The notes beneath the pieces are model-generated. The model was not told the origin of the DNA and did no database searches. It saw nothing but the letters and a program-made list of their open reading frames with translations. A program made the translations under genes and the position numbers. Source: Glycera tridactyla (lineage: Eukaryota). Taken from it: a DNA stretch of 64,000 bases. The stretch covers positions 139,872,001 through 139,936,000 of the forward strand of contig OZ286459.1 in NCBI GenBank assembly GCA_965644265.1, given 5' to 3'. Shown here piece after piece: positions 34,235 to 48,128 of this stretch; the stretch's first letter is position 1; each line of letters starts with the position of its first letter.

Positions 34235-36639
34235 GCCTCATTGCGATGGTAGAGAAGGTAAAATGGTATATTTATAAAATCTGCCTCCTTCAGAAACATT
34301 TTTTTCTACCAATAAAGACATATTCCTGCGTTCAGAAAGATGTCTTTTATTATTTGATATTTCAACATTGATTGAGAGTTGATGGCTATGATGATTCAGT
34401 TAGTCTATCCTGATTAATGTTTATGAGGCCATGGTCCAGATGGGCAGCTGATCCTATACGGCTCACAGTGAACAAAATTGATCACATTTCTGGAAATGAT
34501 GAAAATCTGTCCCACATGCATTTCTACCTTATTGACTTCTCTTTGAATACAACGCCTTGTATTTGCCGAATTTCTCTGTGATTATTCAGTGAGAGATCAA
34601 TAACTAGCATTGTTGGAAATATACATTTGCTCTCTCCACATGGTTGCTGGGATCGACCATCATGATTAAACCTCTGATGAAAAACCGACCATCTTAAACT
34701 ATCACTTGTCCTTACATTTAGTTCATGGTAGATTTTTCTGCATTATATGATTTAGGGATAATCTAGTGTAGCCCTTACCTTCTGAATTGTGTCCTTCAAT
34801 TATTCATTATATCTGAATAGTGGATTTCAATGAGATTTCACAAAACACACATGCATGCAAACACACACCCACACAAAAGCACCTACACATACACACGTAC
34901 ATATATTAATATCGTATATATCTCATATGATGCTGCAATTATATCGTACATACCGTTTTATTCAGAATTTTCCTCTGCAACCGGGCCATCTCGGCCTTCA
35001 ACATGTCCCTCACTGATACCTGCAGGATTTTACAAGAGTTCATACTTCAAAAATTAATATAGAATCTAGATGTATATAATTCATTTCAGCCTATCAATTC
35101 TTCTGGATGATGACTGCTCATAATTACAGTTTGGATAAAGAATACGAAACCCTGTGACCCAACACTATAAAGTAAATACTGATAGATCGACATGTCATTG
35201 AAATAATAAGGCTGTTTGGCAGGAGAGGCAGGATAGTAGCAAAACAAGTAAAATACTTCAACAGATATGTCAGGAATAATGCCTCATCATATGATGGCAG
35301 TGGAGTGAGATAGGGCGGGTATGGATAAGTGAGTCAAGGAAACTTGGCTTTTGCAGGTGTTGGATATGGGCACCATGGGTTGAGGTTCTTTGTAACTGCA
35401 GAAGTGGTTGGAATGACATCGCTGATGGGTGAAAAGGAGCAATGGGACTTGTATGCTGATTGTTGATTTTCCGCAGTCACCATTGGAATAGAAATGTCAA
35501 CAATTGATAAGCAGCCAAATGTGCAACTGAGCTACCTAAAGGTGCTTCTTTGCCAACCAAAACAAAGCAACTGACCTGTTGTCTGGATTGCTGTGACTCA
35601 ATCTGGCCAATTTTGGCATCAAACCGGATCTCCTCATTCTTTACATTTTTCATCCTGTAATTGAACAATGTTCATTTTATATAGTTGTGTTGTTTCATTA
35701 GATTATCATGACAACCATCATGTGCGGTAATGACTTGTGGTCATACAAACATTACAGTGGGGAAAGTACCAAAATCAGTTTGAAGTCAAAGTCGGTAATG
35801 CAAATTTCATATCTGATCAAAATCTTGTGAGACTGTATATCACAATGAAAGCTTACATGATTTTGTAGAGGCATCATCTGAAATCTCAGAGCTCATGTGA
35901 CAATGTATTTGTTGCTTCCTTAATCTAACCATGATCATGCAGCTCTATGAAGTACATTTAATGAGGAATGATGGAGAAATCTTCAAATACATCGTGACAT
36001 ATTGTTCTACTTATCTAATTCATTCCAGCTTACCGATTCTGTTGCGAATGCATACATTTCTGCACTGATGAAATGTGCTGAGTCACAAACGCCTGCAATT
36101 AAAAATATTTGAACCCCTGTAAGGTATGTTTTCCACCCTACCATTATAAATATGTATTGGACTGAAAGGAAACACTGAAAGATTTCCTCAGGTGACTAGA
36201 AATGTGTTCTATTGCATATCTAGCCCCAGCGCATCAGATATGTTAATTTCTCGCAGTTTTTAGAGCAATGGCAATGGCATCCATGATGTGAATATCAGGT
36301 GATCCGGTCAGATCTGCTGTGTAAATGCAATGGAAAGAGAGCACCTCCCATTCATATGTGTAGACTAAAAAAAACAGATTCATCGACTGCGGGTGGTCCT
36401 ATACCATCCTGTCATGATGATAAAACTAAGAGCATATGAGAAATGAGCATGTGAAACATAGCCATCAATTCAATAGTAAAAATTCCAGTAATTACATCTT
36501 CCCTGCCTTACTGGCACTGTTTCGGCAACATTTCGTAATCAAAATAGAATTCCCAGTCATTTTTAACTTGGAAGGAATTCGCCATATATTTTTCATTGGC
36601 GGAACAGCATTTTGCTGGTACACACTAAACTTCCACAAT

Positions 36640-37730
36640 GATGAGTATGATAATCATGAGACCACAAGGGTCATATTACATGCTAATGTCCTCAGGGATC
36701 ATAGCACAAAAAGGTTACCAATATGGAACATCAAACAGTAATAAGAAAATTAAGGCAAGACAAAAGGTATCAGGTAGAGTAGAAAGTGCAGGGTAAGTGA
36801 AGGAGTATGATTGAGTTGAGTGAATGGCGCGGAGGGTGAGGTGAGGGTAGGGAAATGAGAAAAGGGGAGGAGGTAATAGCCCTATTCGACTGGTCGGTTT
36901 CGTTGAGTATGGCCGGTCTGTTGAGTATGGCCGTTCGTTGACTACGATTCGTATTCGGGTGGTCACTTAACACTTTTTTGTTGTGTACGATCTCAACGGT
37001 CAATTGACTGCGTTGAACTTGTTAAATGAAATCTATTCGGCTGGGCTACAAGCGTTGAGTACATTTCCGTCAACGCAACGCAACGAAACCGACCAGTCGA
37101 ATAGGCCTAATGAAAGAGATGAAGTGAGTGGGGGGGGGGGGGGGTAGTGATGAGGAGAGTGGGGAGTAGAAGAGGGGAGGTATAGTTGAGCTGGTTCAGA
37201 GGATCATAATGCAGTACACATGAATAGAAAATAAGATTATATGGCGAGAGTATTGAAGCTCATAGACAAAAATACAGATAGAAGTATAGCTTGAGTGAGG
37301 AAGCACATGGAGAAGACATGATGGGGCTGAACATATACAGTCTACAAATGGTGGAGAGGTACATTGACAAGATAATCATTAACGATGATGACTTCAATTA
37401 TGCCAAGATATGCAATACATACAAGTTCACACATAGTGGAATGAGGTACTTAGGAATGAAAACTTTAGTAGTGATGACGAGATGAATTATCAGTAATAGG
37501 GTTATACGAGTACACAATGGTAAGCAATAGGGTGGATAGGTGAAAATCCAGGCAGGGAGAGGGACAAGGTACACGAGCAGATCAGAAAGAGAGTGAAGTC
37601 TATTGAAAATTGCTGAGGAAATTTTTGATAGAGAGGCCGGGAGAATTTCGAGTTTCATTGGGGAGGGAATTCCATAAACGTGAACCTCTGAGAAAACAAA
37701 GCATTAATGATGCAAGAATTCCTAAGAAAT
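36640..37730 (-). mobile_element. 3' part of another relative of the 12-kb LINE, interrupted by a MITE
   Basis: FLRGSRLWNSLPNETRNSP ORF2 end at ~37700-37600; pyrimidine-rich 3' UTR; CACAAGGGTCATATTACATGCTAATG matches 10410-10435. Confidence 0.75.
36877..37109. mobile_element. MITE with ~29-bp TIRs
   Basis: TAGCCCTATTCGACTGGTCGGTTTCGTTG ... CAACGAAACCGACCAGTCGAATAGGCCTA. The TSD is TA or a 3-bp AAT, so the superfamily is unresolved. Confidence 0.88.
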
Positions 37731-38024
37731 GTGCAAGCTACCATTAACTAGCATTTACTATCAATGAGTAACCTATCACCCGCCTAAGCCCGGAAGTGAA
37801 TAAATGGGAATTAGCCTTATGCGAGTACGACTCACGCCGGTGGTCGCGCGGGTGAGCACACCTGTCACGCACCTAGCAAACGGCGTGAGGGGTAACAAGC
37901 TTTGAGTGACAGCTCCATTGACTGCTGTATAAAATGGGCATATTCAGTTTTTCACACCCTCAATCCGCTACTCGTCATCAATACCACAACACACATGTAT
38001 ATGTGTGTGTGTATGTGAAAGAGA

Positions 38025-38224
38025 GTCCAACCAGTCTATGAAGTCTATGAAAACCATCTTCGGTCACATCAAGAAGTTGCCTTCGCAGGCAGTCGGCTTT
38101 TATAGAGAGGTGGTCTCTCGAGCTGAATCAACTATAGAGTCGAACCTGTCATTAAAGGTCACCTTCGGTCGCATCGAAAATTGGCCTCCACAAGCAGGTG
38201 GTCTCTCAGGGAGGTTTGACTGTA
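38025..38224. mobile_element. Tandem remnants of CAGT/TA-type Tc1-pogo MITEs
   Basis: GAGTCGAACCTGTCATTAAAGGTCACC ... GGTGGTCTCTCAGGGAGGTTTGACTGTA; a related remnant lies at ~5960-6040. Confidence 0.6.
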
Positions 38225-38244
38225 GATACCACCACCACCACCAT

Positions 38245-38440
38245 TTGTTTTGTTGAGGTTTAACGTCACGTCAGCTCCATTTGTGCTATATTGTGATGCT
38301 CATGCAACGGGCATGGGCGGGATCATTCAAGACTCCTACTTCTGGGTCCCTAACAGAAGGCGAAAATTTATGAAATTCACAGACACTCGAGGTGTCATTT
38401 CTGAATGGATGGATGGATGAATGGATGGATGGATGGATGG
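38245..38440 (-). mobile_element. Family C tail followed by a (GGAT)n microsatellite
   Basis: TTTG..GTTTAACGTCAC..GCTATATTGTGA..CAAGACTCC; GGAT repeats at 38404-38440. Confidence 0.8.
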
Positions 38441-40007
38441 AACTTTGGCCCCCACACCACCACCGTATCCCTGTGATCATGATAGAGTCTGTTTAGCTGT
38501 GAGCCATGGCTTCCACAAGGCCATGGTCCACCTCTTGACTCAATCACAGGTAGACATCAAATGTGTGAAGCCTCGGCTCAAAGTGAGACTAGACTTTGCA
38601 AGATCACAGGGAAACATCAGAGGTGTGAACCCACGCTCAAAGTATATCCAGATTGGTGTGAGATCACAGANNNNNNNNNNNNNNNNNNNNNNNNNNNNNN
38701 NNNNNNNNNNNNNNNNNNNNNNNNNNNNNNNNNNNNNNNNNNNNNNNNNNNNNNNNNNNNNNNNNNNNNNNNNNNNNNNNNNNNNNNNNNNNNNNNNNNN
38801 NNNNCTCATCATCTCCCTCCATTAAATCCATCTGCCTTCTGCTCTCACCGTAAATCACTGAAGCATGAAGATTCACCACATAGGTCAGTGTGCTATGATT
38901 GAGTGCTATGTGAGAGTGTGGAAGCCATGGCTCACAGGCCCCATTGAAGTCGCATGTGAACTGTGAAGGTGTGAATGAACCCCTGTTGGGTTCAAATATG
39001 AATTATGAAGGCATGGAAGCCATGGCTCAAAGGTGGACCAGGACTTCAAAAGTGGTGGCGTAACACCAGTGTACGACATGATGTACGGAAAGCTTGTTAC
39101 CCTAGCGACGCCGATAGATGGCGTTGCATGCTTCTCGCATATTGCTAATTGCATATTCACTCAATGGATCAGCATCTCGACAGATAGGTTCGGAAGAGTG
39201 CATACCATCCTAAATTGTTTTAAAGCCCTCTAACTGCCCACCGCTTGCCCAAGCACAGAAAAAATGTATCAATACATATGTAAAGATTGACATTACAGGG
39301 AATCGGTTTGGTGTGAATTGCTGCATTGGTTTTCTTCATATAGTCCACAGAGTGCATGCCATCAGGCCCTTTATCTGCCCTTGGGCAGCCCATCACTTGT
39401 CCATGCCCAAAATAAATGTGCCAGTGCCCATCTCATTGAAATGAGTCAGGGTAAGTCGATTTAGTGTCGAGTGATGCAGCATCCAAGAGATATGGAACTT
39501 GGTCTTGAAGCCTCGGCTACTGTGTCAGTCATTTCTGAGGAAAACCATGATGCAACGCAATGGTGAGCAAACACACCTATCGTCAGGGTGGCACTTGGAA
39601 TGCCTGCCAAACATGATATACTGACCTTTTAAATCTAAAATTGGTTTTTGCAAAGGTACTGTATCAAAGGACATCAAAATGAGTATACCAATAGGATACT
39701 TCAATTGAGTATTCTTAAATAATCAACAGATCTTTATATAGAATTCTGTATTTTTGAATATGTTTAGTGTGTGAAAATCGGACCATCTTTCCTAACTATT
39801 GCCGTGATGCTACAGATATCGAACCTGCAAAAATGCAGTTGATCCTCAACTGCGATTGTTCACTGACCAATCAGTGGTGGTGTGCATGCATCACCTGACC
39901 AGGTGATGGTTATACCACGTCATATAACCGGAGGTTATACTCCACCTATGATAGCGCATGGTAGATGGAGATTACATACACGCTAGGCATGGCATCGGAT
40001 GATATAC

Positions 40008-41310
40008 TATGCCTGTAGGCCTGAAATGGTAAGCGGCAGGCGGATGAATTTGGTGGTGTGATGGTGGGTTGGTTTGGTGGTCGGTTGGTGGGTAGGCAGG
40101 TAGGTAGGTGGTTGGGTAGGGTGGGTGGGTGGTTTGTTTGAGTTTAATGTCACTTAAACCCGCTTGGGTTATTTTGGACCAAAAGAAAAACAGAAAATGC
40201 TGAAGAGAAGAGTCACCGCATGCCGGGGGCCGTCCCTACACTGCGAACGTGCGTACAGGAACAGACTCCTATCAACACGGCCGGCACGTGGGTGGGTGGG
40301 TAGGTGGGTAAGTGGGTAGGTAGGTAGGTGGGTGGGTATGTCGGTAGGTGTGTGGTTAGGTGGGTGGGTGAGTGAGTAGCAAGGGTGGGTATGTCGGTAG
40401 GTGTGTGGGTAGGTGGGTGGGTGATAAAACTATGCCTGTAGGCCTGAAACGATAAGCGACAGGCGGATAAATCTGGTGCTCGGTTGGTGGGTAGGTAGGT
40501 GATTGGGTGGGTTGTTGGGTAGGTGGGTGGGTGGTTTTTGTTGAGTTTAACATCACTTAAACCCGCTTGGGTTATATCGGACTAAAAAAAAACAGAAAAG
40601 AAGAACAATAGAGAAGAGTCACCGCGTGCCGGGGGCCATCCCTACTCTGCGAAAGACAGCGGTGGTTCTTTTACATGCGTACAGGAAGACTCCTATCAAC
40701 ACGGCCGGGCTTTGTTGATAGGAGTCTCTTCCTGTACTCACGTGGGTAGGTAGGTGGGTGGGTACATAGTTGGGTGGGTAGGCGGGTGGGTATGTGGGTA
40801 GCTGGGAGGGTAGGTGCATTGGTGGGTGGGTGGGTTGGTGTGTGGGTATGTCGGTAGGTGGGTGGGTAGGTGAGTAGGTGGGTGGATATGTGGGTGGGTG
40901 CATTGGTGGGTGGGTAGGTGAGTCGGTGGGTGGATGTGGATAGGTGGGTGGGTGCCTTGGTAGGTGGTCGGGTGGATATGTCGGTAGGTGGGTGGGTAGG
41001 TGTGTGGGTAGGTGGGATGGGTGAGTACGTGAATGGCTGGATGGGTAGGTGGGTGGGTGGCGGGTTAGGTGGCTGGATGGGTGGTTAGGTGGTCGGGTAG
41101 GTGGATAGATTGGTAATTGACAGGTCAGTGGGGGTGGGTGGTGGGGGTATGGGTTGGTGGCAAGGTATATTTGTGGGGAGGGAGTGGATGGGTTGAAAGG
41201 TACATAGGTGGGTTGGTGAGTATGTGGGTAGGTGGGTGGCTGAGTGTGTAGGAGAGTGCATGGGAAATGTGTCGGTTGGACGTTTAGGTGCATGGATGGG
41301 TAGGTAGGTC
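40008..41310. repeat. G-rich GGTG/GGTA low-complexity satellite with a 423-bp local duplication carrying two family A tails (40133-40285 and 40535-40737)
   Basis: TATGCCTGTAGGCCTGAAA at 40008 and 40431. The A-type sequence GAGTTTAA..CACTTAAACCCGCTTGGG..GACTCCTATCAACACGGCCGG appears in both units. Confidence 0.9.
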
Positions 41311-43917
41311 GTCGTTGTTGTCATCCTCGTCGTGGTGGTCGTCATCATCATCGTCGTTGTCGTGGTTGTGGTCTCTTTCTCCCTCTGCAATGCGTGCACG
41401 TGTGCTAACCCAACTGGGTTGTTAGCCGGCAGAACCATATTGACTGAAATCAGCATGGTGACCTCGCACTGACCAACACAGAAGCATGAATGCCTGGCTA
41501 TTCACGGCACTATGTAGGTCATACTCAAAAGCAAAGAATGCCAATGTTAGCCTCTAAATCTCATGATATAACCCCATCTTTCTTATTTATTTCTATTCAA
41601 AATGAAAATGTGATGCCAGCAACTGTTTTTATGAACAGTGAACAATCAACATCAATGCCATCTCACAATTTGGTAGCCTGCCTCTACAGTATGAATGAAT
41701 AGTGTCAGGAGGTCGAGAGTTTCCAGCACTCTCCCTCTCCCATATCAATTTATGAGAGCCCACGAAAGTCAACAATTTCTAATCCTTTATTTCTCGATTT
41801 TTTTTCACTGAAATCATGCTATATATTTTTTATCTATAGACACATATCAACATGGTGTTCAAAATGCTGGCATTTCCCTCATTCAATTCTAGGGAAAAAA
41901 AACACCGCCTTTTGCGAACTCAGCCACCACATGCTCTGAATGTGGAACCCGGCCAAAGCCGGCTTACCACAAAAGGATACTTACCTCTAGTTTCTCTCCT
42001 AGATCCATGCTGTGAGCAATATCTGCCTCAATGCCTTTCAATTCTCTCATGATGGTCTGTTGAAATTCACTATAGGCAATTTCTCTGTAAACAGGAATTT
42101 TGAAAGATTATATCTTTCCTGAAAATCTGTCCTTCACCTTCTAATCACAAGATGATTAGGTTGCAGCAGCTGGATTGTTCAGATAATTGGATTCATACCC
42201 CCACATTGCAGTATACCTCCATATATATACATTCATATACATCTTTCCCTGGATGCAATTTGCATACACTTCTCATTCGCCAGCAATTAACACACCACCT
42301 ACCCCCCCCCCCCCCCGGGATGGATAAGGCAGAACATACTCCTGGTGGAGATGGATTACTCACTGGATGGCCAGTAAGAATGCTCCAATAAATCAAATGC
42401 ATTCCTGTATTAACACTACAGTAGATGCCAATCATTACACACTAGCAGCTAGCACTGTTCTGGGGCTCATAATTTGATGTCTTTCGGCTCATATTGGATA
42501 TGCTAGATTGGTCAATCGGTCCTTATCTTGTCAGCACCATAATGGGTATGGAAATTGTTGAACATTTCAGACATGCAGGCTGTCGAGATGCTTCATTTTA
42601 ATCCAGTATCACGATCTAGTGCTTGTATCTGCTGAGGCATACTATAAGGCTGGTTCGTGGTCACTATCTATAGTGCCACCACTAACCCAGGACCATTGTT
42701 TCATATTCCAGATAGACAAGCTGTCTTTATACTCTGAAGATCACGCAACAGACTAGCTGCAGTAGCAGTCTTTCCACATTTGCATCATGTGCCAAGACAC
42801 TACCAATGGACCACAATAGAATTTCATCCCATTTAAGCGTACATGCTCTTGAAGTACATTTCGGGCGATATTCTGTAGTCCTGCAAACGTTTGCCCAAGC
42901 CAAAAATATTAGGGCTGCCTGCAAATGTACATGCTCCATCCTTAAATGACTGATTATTTGTTATCAAACAAAACTGGGATGGTCTCTTAGTGCATTAATT
43001 TTCTTGTGCTAGGATTGTGATTGTGATTTCATTTGTGTGGCCTAATGGTCCTTCCCAGCACAACGGGCTATTTCAGGATATCTCCACTTGAAAATTCCAG
43101 CATTAAGCAGATGAATCGAGAAGGGATGAATGGTTAAAAGTACAAATAGATCGATAGAAATTAACTGAGAGGATGGATGAACAGGCGAATTGATGATGAA
43201 TGAAAGTGAAACCAACATTGCCTCTCCGATCACCGGCGATGTTGTTGACAGTCATCTTCATGGTGAATTAAACATCAAAATGAAGCATTTACTATTCAGA
43301 AGACAACAAACGTGCCACCTCCATCACCACCGCGTCAAGTCATACGGCAAATATAGGCCAGTGAGTTGTGTATTTCTCAGCGCAAAGGTACAGAATTCAC
43401 CTGTCACACTGGCAGCGTGAACACTCACATTTTCGAATGAAAGTTCATCGTTTACCCTCCATTCGTGGGTATTCGATTATTCAATAATACAAGATGGCGT
43501 GCATATTCATCATATAATTTGCATTAACCAGCGAGGTTTTGGGTCATTGATCTTATTATTTGTATAATGAGAATTGGAAATAAATAAGAATTGAACATGC
43601 ATAAAGTTTATATTCTTTATGAACCATCACCGCAGTGCAGCGCATGATGTCAAATCAAGGACACGTCACTAAGATATAATTCATAATGACTGGAATCGCT
43701 TTCCCAATCAGTGAAAAAAGTATGTGTTAGTCCTAATTTTCTCAAATCGCTGAATAAGTTGACCTCATTTGACAACTTTCTTTGATGGCTGTCAGCAGTT
43801 CAGAGATGATGCTCAGCGCTGACAGACATATCAATGCAAATTGTTGGTATATATTTCAAAAACAATTTTCGTAAGATTCTTTTTTTGGTTGATGGAATCA
43901 AAGTTTAGCCATTCACT

Positions 43918-44315
43918 TCAATTCAGAGGGTGGGGGATTGTAGTTATGCCAGCCAAACTTGTCCAAGGTATGAGAGCATCACCGATGAGGGTGATCCAAG
44001 TCAAGTGAAGGCAATTTATAGATGTGTAAAGCAGTTGGCCTGAGAGTAGTGAGTTGGAGTATCGTGCCACATGTATCACCTCATCAATTGCCCTTCTGAA
44101 AGTACCCAATACAATCATAGAAATTTCAAAACTAAATATCATAATATTGGTTCATCCTGCATGACTAATTAATTCAGTCATTGACTGCTGAAATTACAAA
44201 CACAATAATACATGGCTTACCTGGCCTGGCGCTGGGTCCGCCATACTTGAGCAATGTCTTGTTGCAAAGCTGTGACAGCTTCACTCATATTTGAATCTAA
44301 ATGCTGCTTTTTCTC
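43918..44315 (-). pseudogene. Two candidate spliced exons (44315-44221 and 44095-~43915) of an unidentified, probably decayed gene
   Basis: TTTTTAG acceptor, a 95-nt open exon, GTAAGC donor, a 125-nt intron and a TTTCAG acceptor, all phase-compatible: EKKQHLDSNMSEAVTALQQDIAQVWRTQRQARRAIDEVIHVARYSNSLLSGQL.. No family recognised. Confidence 0.4.
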
Positions 44316-45948
44316 CTAAAAATGAATTGAAATAACATGAATTGCACAAAATTGGTTCATGCTACATAAAAAAATAAATGATCCAGGCAGTATTATCGTA
44401 AATAACTGAGTATCTATTCGTCAAGCTGAGAGTAGATTCTGACTGGGTCAAAACAAGTAAGCAGTTGAGGGTTCAAAATGAGGTGTTAGTGATGAGCTAC
44501 TGGTTGCAGCCAGTAGCTTAAGTAGGTGAATAATGTCTAAGCGAGGGTGAGGACGATGCAATATCAGTTGTGAGAATAGGACAGTTAAACAAGATGAGTG
44601 AATGGAAGGTGGATGATTGATAGGATAGACTACATGGTTTATTGTCCTTCCCCAGGACACATGGGCTATACATGTATCATGGCTGGTTAATTGTGTGTGT
44701 CATCAAGTCTCATCAACACCACATGATCTTGACATCCTGGCCAATGTATTATCTTGTGTAGGGATGTTATTAGCTAACAATAAAGGTCCCTGAAACCTGT
44801 CGGAGGTCAATTTCCACATTTTATTGTGAACAATGCAGACCCTAACAACTTAGCAATCTAGTGGACACATTCGGCCTTTTTGACCGGTCGCTTTCATTAT
44901 GTATGGCATGATCGTTTAGTACTTTCTGTATTCAGATCGCACCCAACAAATTTCTTCTGACCATGAATTTCAACGCTTGTCTGGAACTGATAAAGTTGTT
45001 GAAGGGAGGTCACATGACTCATCTTATGGTGACAGTCACCTATAAACAGCAATTCGGCGAATTACTTCATTATCAAATATCAATATAGCAGCTTTCTCAA
45101 AGAACAAGCATCTAGTGAGGCAGTATCCTGCTATATGTGGTCTCTACTCTCCCCTTTCTCCCCTCGCCTCTCACCTCTCTACTGTTCCCTTCCCCTCATT
45201 ATTCTATCAGTTGTCATCCATTTTGAATATAGTTAAGAAATATCTTGATAGATCTGAAACCAGTACTGATGTAATAGATTATAGAATTAGACCAATTAGA
45301 GGCCAGTATTTGGCCGAAAATTGCTGAAGCGTGATGGTGCACTGATTGGTTCTGAAAGCCCTTGTATGAGTTCACAGTTCTGATATGGAAGCCCTGCAAT
45401 CAGCGACTCAAGAGATAATGGTTGGGAACCAATGTGTGACGGAAGGACAAATGGACAGAGGGCATTTCAATAGTCCTAAATGGCGTGGGACAATAAGCCA
45501 GCCTGATGGGTGGAATTGATAAGCACTTCAAATGCCAAGAAAAGATTATTATGGCAGATTCGATGACGTAAACCAACAATGCCATCTTGGATGTTTCCGT
45601 ATGACATGGTCTATTTGGGTGGTGAGTTTGCATTGAGCACATTTTGTAATCTGCGCAGATGGGCAGAGCTCAGTGAAAGTGACCAGTCAAATAGGTTTTA
45701 TGATTCAAGAAAAGTTATATGGCAGACATGTCATATTCCCTGGCCTAAGTTCTGTGGAACTATAGTATCCCTGCTATGAGATAAGACTAGTTCACACTGG
45801 TGGCGAGCCAAGGTTCGAGTAGAATGTGAGCATTTGGGTCCAGCTCCAAAATGTAATGTATCCTACTATCAATACAATATTAACATATGTACATTATTCA
45901 CTTGCGGTTGTTTGCTTGAGTCCCTGACATTGCACAAAATCAAGATTT

Positions 45949-47409
45949 AACAAGGCCACGGAGAGGCAAGATACCCTGCACACGGTAGCACAGTGGGTCA
46001 CCCATATCATACACGGGAGCACAGTGGATCACCCATATCGGAAAAGTTCAGTGAGATGTTTGGTTGGCTATGTAATAGGTCACTGGGTCACTGTGTAGAA
46101 TGTGAAAATCTAATAGTAGCACCTGTAACCTTCACCTTGACCTATGACTTAGGGTCACATGCATTGAAAGGGAGATGTTGCAACATTGCTTGATCATCCC
46201 AGGTCAATTTGATCTTTATCCAACAATGCTAGCCTGAGTTATTGTGTGAGATCCGGATATCAAACATAGCTCCGGTGACCTTGACATTTGACCTAGGGTC
46301 ACATGCATCGAAAAAGAGATGTCTCACCATTGGGTAATTACTTTGTGTATGTTTGGTGCATATTGATCAATGCAAGCCTGAACTGGATTGTAAAATGAGA
46401 AAATCTTTAAATAATTCCTGTGACCTTGACCTTTGATCTAGGGTCACCTACATCGACAGGGAGATGTCCCATCATTGGATCATTGTGCTGTGTGAATTTG
46501 GTCAATATCTATCAAAGCTAGCTTGAGTTATAGTGTGAAAAAAGAAAGTCTATAAATAGCTCCTGTGACCCTGACCTTTGACCTAGGGTCACATACCGGT
46601 GCATTGAAAGGGAGATGGCCCACCATAGGGTGAATAATTAATGTAGGTTTGGTGCATCTACTTCCATGCTAGCTTGAGTTAGTGCATAAAATAAGAAAAA
46701 TCTATGAATAGCTCCTGTGACCTTGATCTTTGACCTAAGGTCAAATGTATCGAAGGAAGGTGGCCCACCATTGGGTGATCACTTTGGGGTTACATGCATC
46801 GAAAGGGAAGTGGCCCACCATCGGGTGATCACTTTGTGTAAGTTTGGTATACATCCATCAATGGTAGCATGAGTTAGAGTGTAAAATGGGAAAATCTATG
46901 AATAGCTCCTGTGACCTTGACCTTTGACTTAGGGTCACATGCATCGAGAGGGAGATGGGTGATTATGTTGTGTAAGGTTGGTGCATATCCATCAAGGTTA
47001 GCTTGAGTTAGTGTAAAATAAGAAAATCTATGAATAGCTCCTGTGACCTTGACCTTTGACCTAGGGTCACATGCATCGAAAGGTAGGTGGCCCACCATTG
47101 CGTCATTAATTTGTGTGAGTTTGGTGCATATCTGTCGACGCTAGCTCGAGTTAGAGTGTAAAATAAGAAAATCTATAAATAGCTCCTGTGACCTTGACCT
47201 TTGACCTTTGGGTACAAAAATCAAATTCCGGAATACGATTTTTACATAGATCACAGTTATGGAGTTTTATGAAAATTGGATCAGCCAATCCAAAGTTATT
47301 GCATGAAATGTGAGCGGAGGGACGGACGGACGTACGGACAGACGGACGTACGGACGCCGGAGGTGAAACTATAATACCCCGCTTTTTCAAGAGCGGGGAA
47401 TAAAAAAAA
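45949..47409 (+). mobile_element. Complete Helentron-associated HINE with ~120-bp tandem units
   Basis: Starts AACAAGG after TTT; about 8-9 GTGACCTTGACCTTTGACCTAGGGTCAC units; GGAC microsatellite; terminal hairpin CCCCGCTTTTTCAAGAGCGGGG (47377-47398) and an A-tract. Confidence 0.9.
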
Positions 47410-47580
47410 GTGTATAACTTGATGACTCATCACAAAGGGGAAATGTGCGCATTAATGAACTTCAAAGCAACTGTAAACTACAATAAATTACAATGAAAGA
47501 GAAAGGATCATGCTACACACGGCCATTTCACCCTCTGTACATTTTCAAAGTAAACACCCAATGCCAACAGATTTCTGCCA

Positions 47581-47658
47581 CGCTCCTTGGCAGGTGGTCT
47601 GATTTAGCCTACTCAAGTGCAGAAAATGGACCTAGAACCTCAACATTTCATTTCATTT
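47581..47658 (+). mobile_element. 5'-truncated tRNA-SINE
   Basis: CTCCTTGGCAGGTGGTCTGATTTAGCCTACTCAAGTGCAG..CAACATTTCATTTCATTT. Confidence 0.85.
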
Positions 47659-48128
47659 TCTGCCACCAAGGAATCCTGGATTTCCATGTTCCTCTTAGGG
47701 ATCTCTAAGAACTAACTGGCTGGATCACATGAACACAGGCTGGATGAACAGTTGGTATGTCTATTGAATGAGAAGTATTTCCACCCACTCACCAATATAT
47801 TCTTATGAATTTCAGAACTGAATGATGTGATGAGTGATGAAACACCCTGGTGAAGGCTGGTGTTCAATGTCACAAGGTCTTCTTCACATTCAGATGCGGC
47901 ATTGTCTCCCCCAGTAGTAGATCGAATATCTGAAATGATTATAAAACAAGCTCTATTTATGATAATGAAAGTTGAATTGAAGAGCCAAGAACACGGTGCT
48001 GTAATGCTTAGTTATGTTACACTATGTATAAGTACAGTCTATTCAATATGAGATGAGACTCCAGGGGCGGTCTCATGATGTAGCTTAGTATCACATGTCA
48101 CCTGTACACCCTATCACTACAAAACACA

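Noticed and set aside
40356-41456. Pro/Thr/His-rich ORFs (for example the 224-aa ORF at 40619-41293), and His/Thr or Val/Cys ORFs at 14.8-18.3 kb
   Set aside because: They are translations of GGTG, GT and CA microsatellites, some running through N-gaps.
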